Shown: positions 60,665 to 64,000 of the stretch, one piece after another
How the letters are laid out: every line of letters starts with the position of its first letter
Position numbering within the stretch: the first letter of the stretch is position 1
DNA from: Limnothrix sp. BL-A-16
GTDB lineage: Bacteria > Cyanobacteriota > Cyanobacteriia > CACIAM-69d
Assembly (NCBI GenBank): GCA_041937175.2
Contig: CP166615.1
Location: forward strand, 2,464,001 to 2,528,000
Direction of reading: 5' to 3'
DNA length: 64,000 nucleotides
Notes under the pieces: generated by a model
Database searches by the model: none
Told to the model about the DNA's origin: nothing
What the model saw: the letters and a program-made list of their open reading frames with translations, nothing else
Made by a program: the position numbers and the translations under genes

Positions 60665-63034
60665 TTAGAGATTTTTCAGAAAGTCCTCCATTTCTTTCGC
60701 CTCAGTGACCATTCCCAAGGCTTGGAAGTGCTCGATCGCCCGTTCGGCCCAATTACGCGACTCCTTGCGCAATCGCCCGGCCGAGGCAGCGCGGGCCAAA
60801 TGCTTGCAGCAATAGGCACAACACCGCTGATCAACAATCACTGCCGCCAATCGGTAGCTGGCTTCCAACTCCCGCATGGCTCGGGAATATTGCCCCTGGA
60901 CTATCCGCACCTGCCCGATCGAGGACTGAATGTAGGCCGTTCCCCGTTGCCAACCCAGCGCCTGTGCTTTTTTCAGGGCCGTCGTATAAAGTCGCAAAGC
61001 TTCGGTGGAATTCTGTGCCTGCTGTGCCAAATCGCCTTCGTAGTAAAGACTTTGGCACTCCAAACGCAACCGGTGCTCGGCGTTGAGCTGGGGATGGTGA
61101 ATGAGCTGCTCAACACGGTGTTTCCACCGATCGCCATGGTCGATCGATCCCTGGTCATAGGCCAGGCGCAGTTGGTTAATGGCTAAATCCGATTGCAACT
61201 CTAGATCCAGATGATCCCGCAATTGCCAAACGGCCTCAAAATCTGCACAGGCCTGGCGAAGGGATTGGGAGTCATTGCAGAGGGCATGGGTCCAACCGCG
61301 ATCGAACAAAAAGCGTGCTTCCAAGGCCAAGTTCTGTTGCTGGCGAGCCAGTTGGATGGCTTTGGCATCGCGGGCAATCCGCTCCGACCAATGGCCGCGA
61401 AAGTGGCTGTAGCCCCTGAGAGGTTGAAAAACCTGCCAAAACGACTCCAATCGCCCGGCCGCTAAACACCAATCCAAAACCTGATTCAGGGTGCCCCAAT
61501 GACAATCGATCGCTTGGTGATCGGTTAACCACTCCAGGCGATCGCCCTGGCCATGTTGCTGCACATAGTCGATCGCCCATTGCAACCATCGCTCACGCAT
61601 CGCCGTTTCTTGAGTGGCGGCCAGGCGATCGACCCCCACCGTTGCCACATAACGCCGAGCCAAGGACGACAGGTCATAGCACCCGTCACAATGGAGGGTC
61701 ACCATGGACTGCTCAGCCAGCTTGGCCAAATGGGCCCAAGTGGCGTGGGCTTCCGGATCCACCCCGGCCACCTGGGCTAACAATGCTGGTTGGACGGGAA
61801 CCGCAAACCAACTGAGGGCCAACAGGAACTGCCCCGCCAACTGCCCGCCCAAGGCCTCCAGGATGTTGGCACAGTAAAACTGCGTCACCCAGTGATCCGG
61901 CTGTTCCAGTTGGGCAATGACCCAAGCGATCGATTGGCCCGCCGTCAATTGCCCCAACCCCCAGGCGATCGGCCCCGGCAAGGAACCCGCCGCCGCCACC
62001 AAGCGCCGATATTGCCCCAGGGACCAAGGCCACCCCGCTTCCGGAACCCGCTGCATGATCCACCGCAGGGCCGCCTCTGGCTCCAGGGGATCTAGATGGA
62101 GCGATCGGGCGATCGGCAATCGATAGCGGCAGGTGAACAACACCTTGACCGTGGCTGGCAATTCATACAAAAACGCCAACGTGGCCTGCGGATCTGTCAT
62201 TTCTTCAAAACTATCCAAAATCAACAACATGGGTTGTTGAGCCATCAAAGTCCAAGCCTGTCGCATTCGATCGGGCAAGGGGCGATCGTTCCATTCACTT
62301 GTCATTCGATCAGAATCGGATGTGAGATTCTGCAAAACTTCCGATAATAACTGCTCTAGGGTTTGTTGCGATCGCCATCCTGGCAGCAGTCCCATTCCCG
62401 TTAAGTAATGGGTTTTAGCGGAAGTGAACAAGATCCGCTGGAAAGGGCAAGAATTTTGTTGAATTAAATAATGAACACTCGCTAAAGCCAGGGCCGTCTT
62501 ACCGGTTCCGCCGGCTCCTTCAATCACCAAAAAGCGCTCTTCTTGATTCTGTTGCAGCCAGTGAACCAGGTGTTCCCACTCTCGATCGCGGCCTTCCAAA
62601 ATCGCACTATCCTGAGCTGGCAAATAAACCTTCAAGTTTTGATGCTCCGCGATCGGAGCAGAGGAGATTCGATAGGGACATTCTGCTAACATTGCCAAAA
62701 TTCGGCGACGACAAAAACGCCCTTCCCAATTCAATAACGTTTTAAGATAAGTGTAAAGCTTATTTGTGAGTTCTGTTCGGAGAGCATCAGCATTAACTTC
62801 AAGCACTGTGGCTAAGGCTTCAATGCTCATTCCTGTGAGAAATCCGCGTAAATAGAGCCGTTCAGTGCGGCTGAGTTGCGATCGCCGAGAATCACCAGTG
62901 GCGGGAAACTCCGGACAGGGCTGCCCCCGCTTTGCCCACAGCAGCCGGGCCTTGACTCGGCCCAAGTCGCGATAGAGACCTTCGAGATTCCATTCGCACC
63001 CCACCTCCTGAAACAAAGTGCTTTTGTTATCCAT
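60665..63034 (-). CDS. STAND/NB-ARC-like ATPase with N-terminal HTH-like region and C-terminal TPR-like repeats
   Basis: LEGRDRE, Walker A GAGGTGKT, Walker B LLILDSFE, LFTCR, GSLP and helical repeats. An alternative TTG start lies at 63049. Confidence 0.85.
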   Translation of the reverse strand: MDNKSTLFQEVGCEWNLEGLYRDLGRVKARLLWAKRGQPCPEFPATGDSRRSQLSRTERLYLRGFLTGMSIEALATVLEVNADALRTELTNKLYTYLKTLLNWEGRFCRRRILAMLAECPYRISSAPIAEHQNLKVYLPAQDSAILEGRDREWEHLVHWLQQNQEERFLVIEGAGGTGKTALALASVHYLIQQNSCPFQRILFTSAKTHYLTGMGLLPGWRSQQTLEQLLSEVLQNLTSDSDRMTSEWNDRPLPDRMRQAWTLMAQQPMLLILDSFEEMTDPQATLAFLYELPATVKVLFTCRYRLPIARSLHLDPLEPEAALRWIMQRVPEAGWPWSLGQYRRLVAAAGSLPGPIAWGLGQLTAGQSIAWVIAQLEQPDHWVTQFYCANILEALGGQLAGQFLLALSWFAVPVQPALLAQVAGVDPEAHATWAHLAKLAEQSMVTLHCDGCYDLSSLARRYVATVGVDRLAATQETAMRERWLQWAIDYVQQHGQGDRLEWLTDHQAIDCHWGTLNQVLDWCLAAGRLESFWQVFQPLRGYSHFRGHWSERIARDAKAIQLARQQQNLALEARFLFDRGWTHALCNDSQSLRQACADFEAVWQLRDHLDLELQSDLAINQLRLAYDQGSIDHGDRWKHRVEQLIHHPQLNAEHRLRLECQSLYYEGDLAQQAQNSTEALRLYTTALKKAQALGWQRGTAYIQSSIGQVRIVQGQYSRAMRELEASYRLAAVIVDQRCCAYCCKHLARAASAGRLRKESRNWAERAIEHFQALGMVTEAKEMEDFLKNL

Positions 63035-63605
63035 CGCTCGCTGGGTCAACCTCCTTCGGGAAAGACTCGATAAGCCAAAGTTCGTGGTCGGGATTCAGGT
63101 CAGTTCCATCGAATTGATCGCAGATTTGAGATTTACCTAAGATTTTAGGGTTTTACCTAAGATTTTGGCTTTAGCTCTTACAAAACGAATCGGGATATTC
63201 TGATTTTCAAGCTAATTTCGCCACCGATTCCGCGCCGATCGCGTGGGGGAAACCGATCGCTCAGTCCTCATGAATTCCTGTTAGTTCAGAGGACTCGTTC
63301 AACAAATTCGTTCAACGGACAGACCTAGGGCCGATCGCCCCTGGATCTGGTTCAAAAGCCGCGAGCAATTCATCTGGGTTCTGTGCCAAAGCCCGCTGTC
63401 ATGGGCCGCAGCCGGATCCAAGCCAATGGGCTGCTGATGGTTTTTGGGCTAAATCAACAACAACCCCAGGTCTTGGAGCCTGCATAAAAATTTCTAAGCA
63501 AGGCGATGTTAATGCAGTTGATGTTGGGTTTAGGGCTTGAGTAATTGCGCCCTAGCGGCTTGCTCTGTGTTGCTGAATTCTTGAAACTTTGGTCGAGAAT
63601 GCCCC

Positions 63606-64000
63606 ATGATCCTTCCCTCTCCGATGTTGTCTCAGGATCGGAAAACGGCTTGGCCCGACGGAACCCTAATTCACGATCGCTACAGCATCCTGCGGGGGCT
63701 GAATGCCGCCGCCACGCGATTGCCCCAAGTTGGTCAGGTGCAGGTGTTTGAGGTGGTGGACTTGGAAGACGACGATCGGCCCAAGGTTCTGAAACTGTTG
63801 ATTCGTCAACAATCAACCCGGCTCGATCGGCTTTACCGCGAAGCGGAAGTGCTGATGCGTGGCCCCCAGCATCCCCAAATCCCCAAGGCGGCCGTGGATG
63901 GCTTCTTTTGCTGGCGACCGATCGACAGCCGCTGGCCCTTTCAGGGGTTGGTGATGGAGGCGATCGCGGGGGAATCCCTAGAGGCTTATCTCGATCGACA
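63606..64000 (+). CDS. Ser/Thr protein kinase, N-terminal part (runs off the window)
   Basis: Hand translation ...LIHDRYSILRGL...VFEVVD...PKVLKLL...LYREAEVL...HPQIPK...LVMEAIAGESLE covers kinase subdomains I-V. Confidence 0.8.
   Translation, partial: MILPSPMLSQDRKTAWPDGTLIHDRYSILRGLNAAATRLPQVGQVQVFEVVDLEDDDRPKVLKLLIRQQSTRLDRLYREAEVLMRGPQHPQIPKAAVDGFFCWRPIDSRWPFQGLVMEAIAGESLEAYLDR

Noticed and set aside
1..64000. HIP1 (GCGATCGC) abundance as a novelty
   Set aside because: It is a well-known cyanobacterial genome feature.

Overview
This is a 64 kb chromosomal window from a cyanobacterium. The HIP1 octamer GCGATCGC is very dense and the window carries ycf3, petCA, psbV, psb34, chlG and nblR. 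The style suggests a filamentous non-heterocystous, Limnothrix-like strain (inference). Most genes are housekeeping: cruA (partial), gatC, a complete hypFCDEAB NiFe-hydrogenase maturation operon, lipB, hpf, mobA, murF, rpsU, ubiE/menG, tyrA, thiG, queG, rnhA, aroH, pilD, accD and a CCA-type nucleotidyltransferase. RNA genes are tRNA-Phe, tRNA-Gln and a probable 6S RNA. There is one complete IS5-family element and several REP/MITE repeat families. The most notable observations are: (1) a small secreted PatX-like peptide ending PPRRGDERRG, with RGDER in place of RGSGR; (2) a HypF with a ~340 aa in-frame low-complexity insertion; (3) a composite MITE that appears to carry, and insert into, its own 20 bp palindrome, amplified to a 4 x 68 bp array; (4) a candidate anti-Shine-Dalgarno sRNA convergent with the 6S RNA; (5) an IS200/IS605 right-end relic upstream of psbV; (6) a cyclophilin-RTX fusion, a divergent squalene/phytoene-synthase-like enzyme, and a STAND ATPase-TPR gene divergent from a Ser/Thr kinase. 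All calls come from reading the sequence; no database searches were run.
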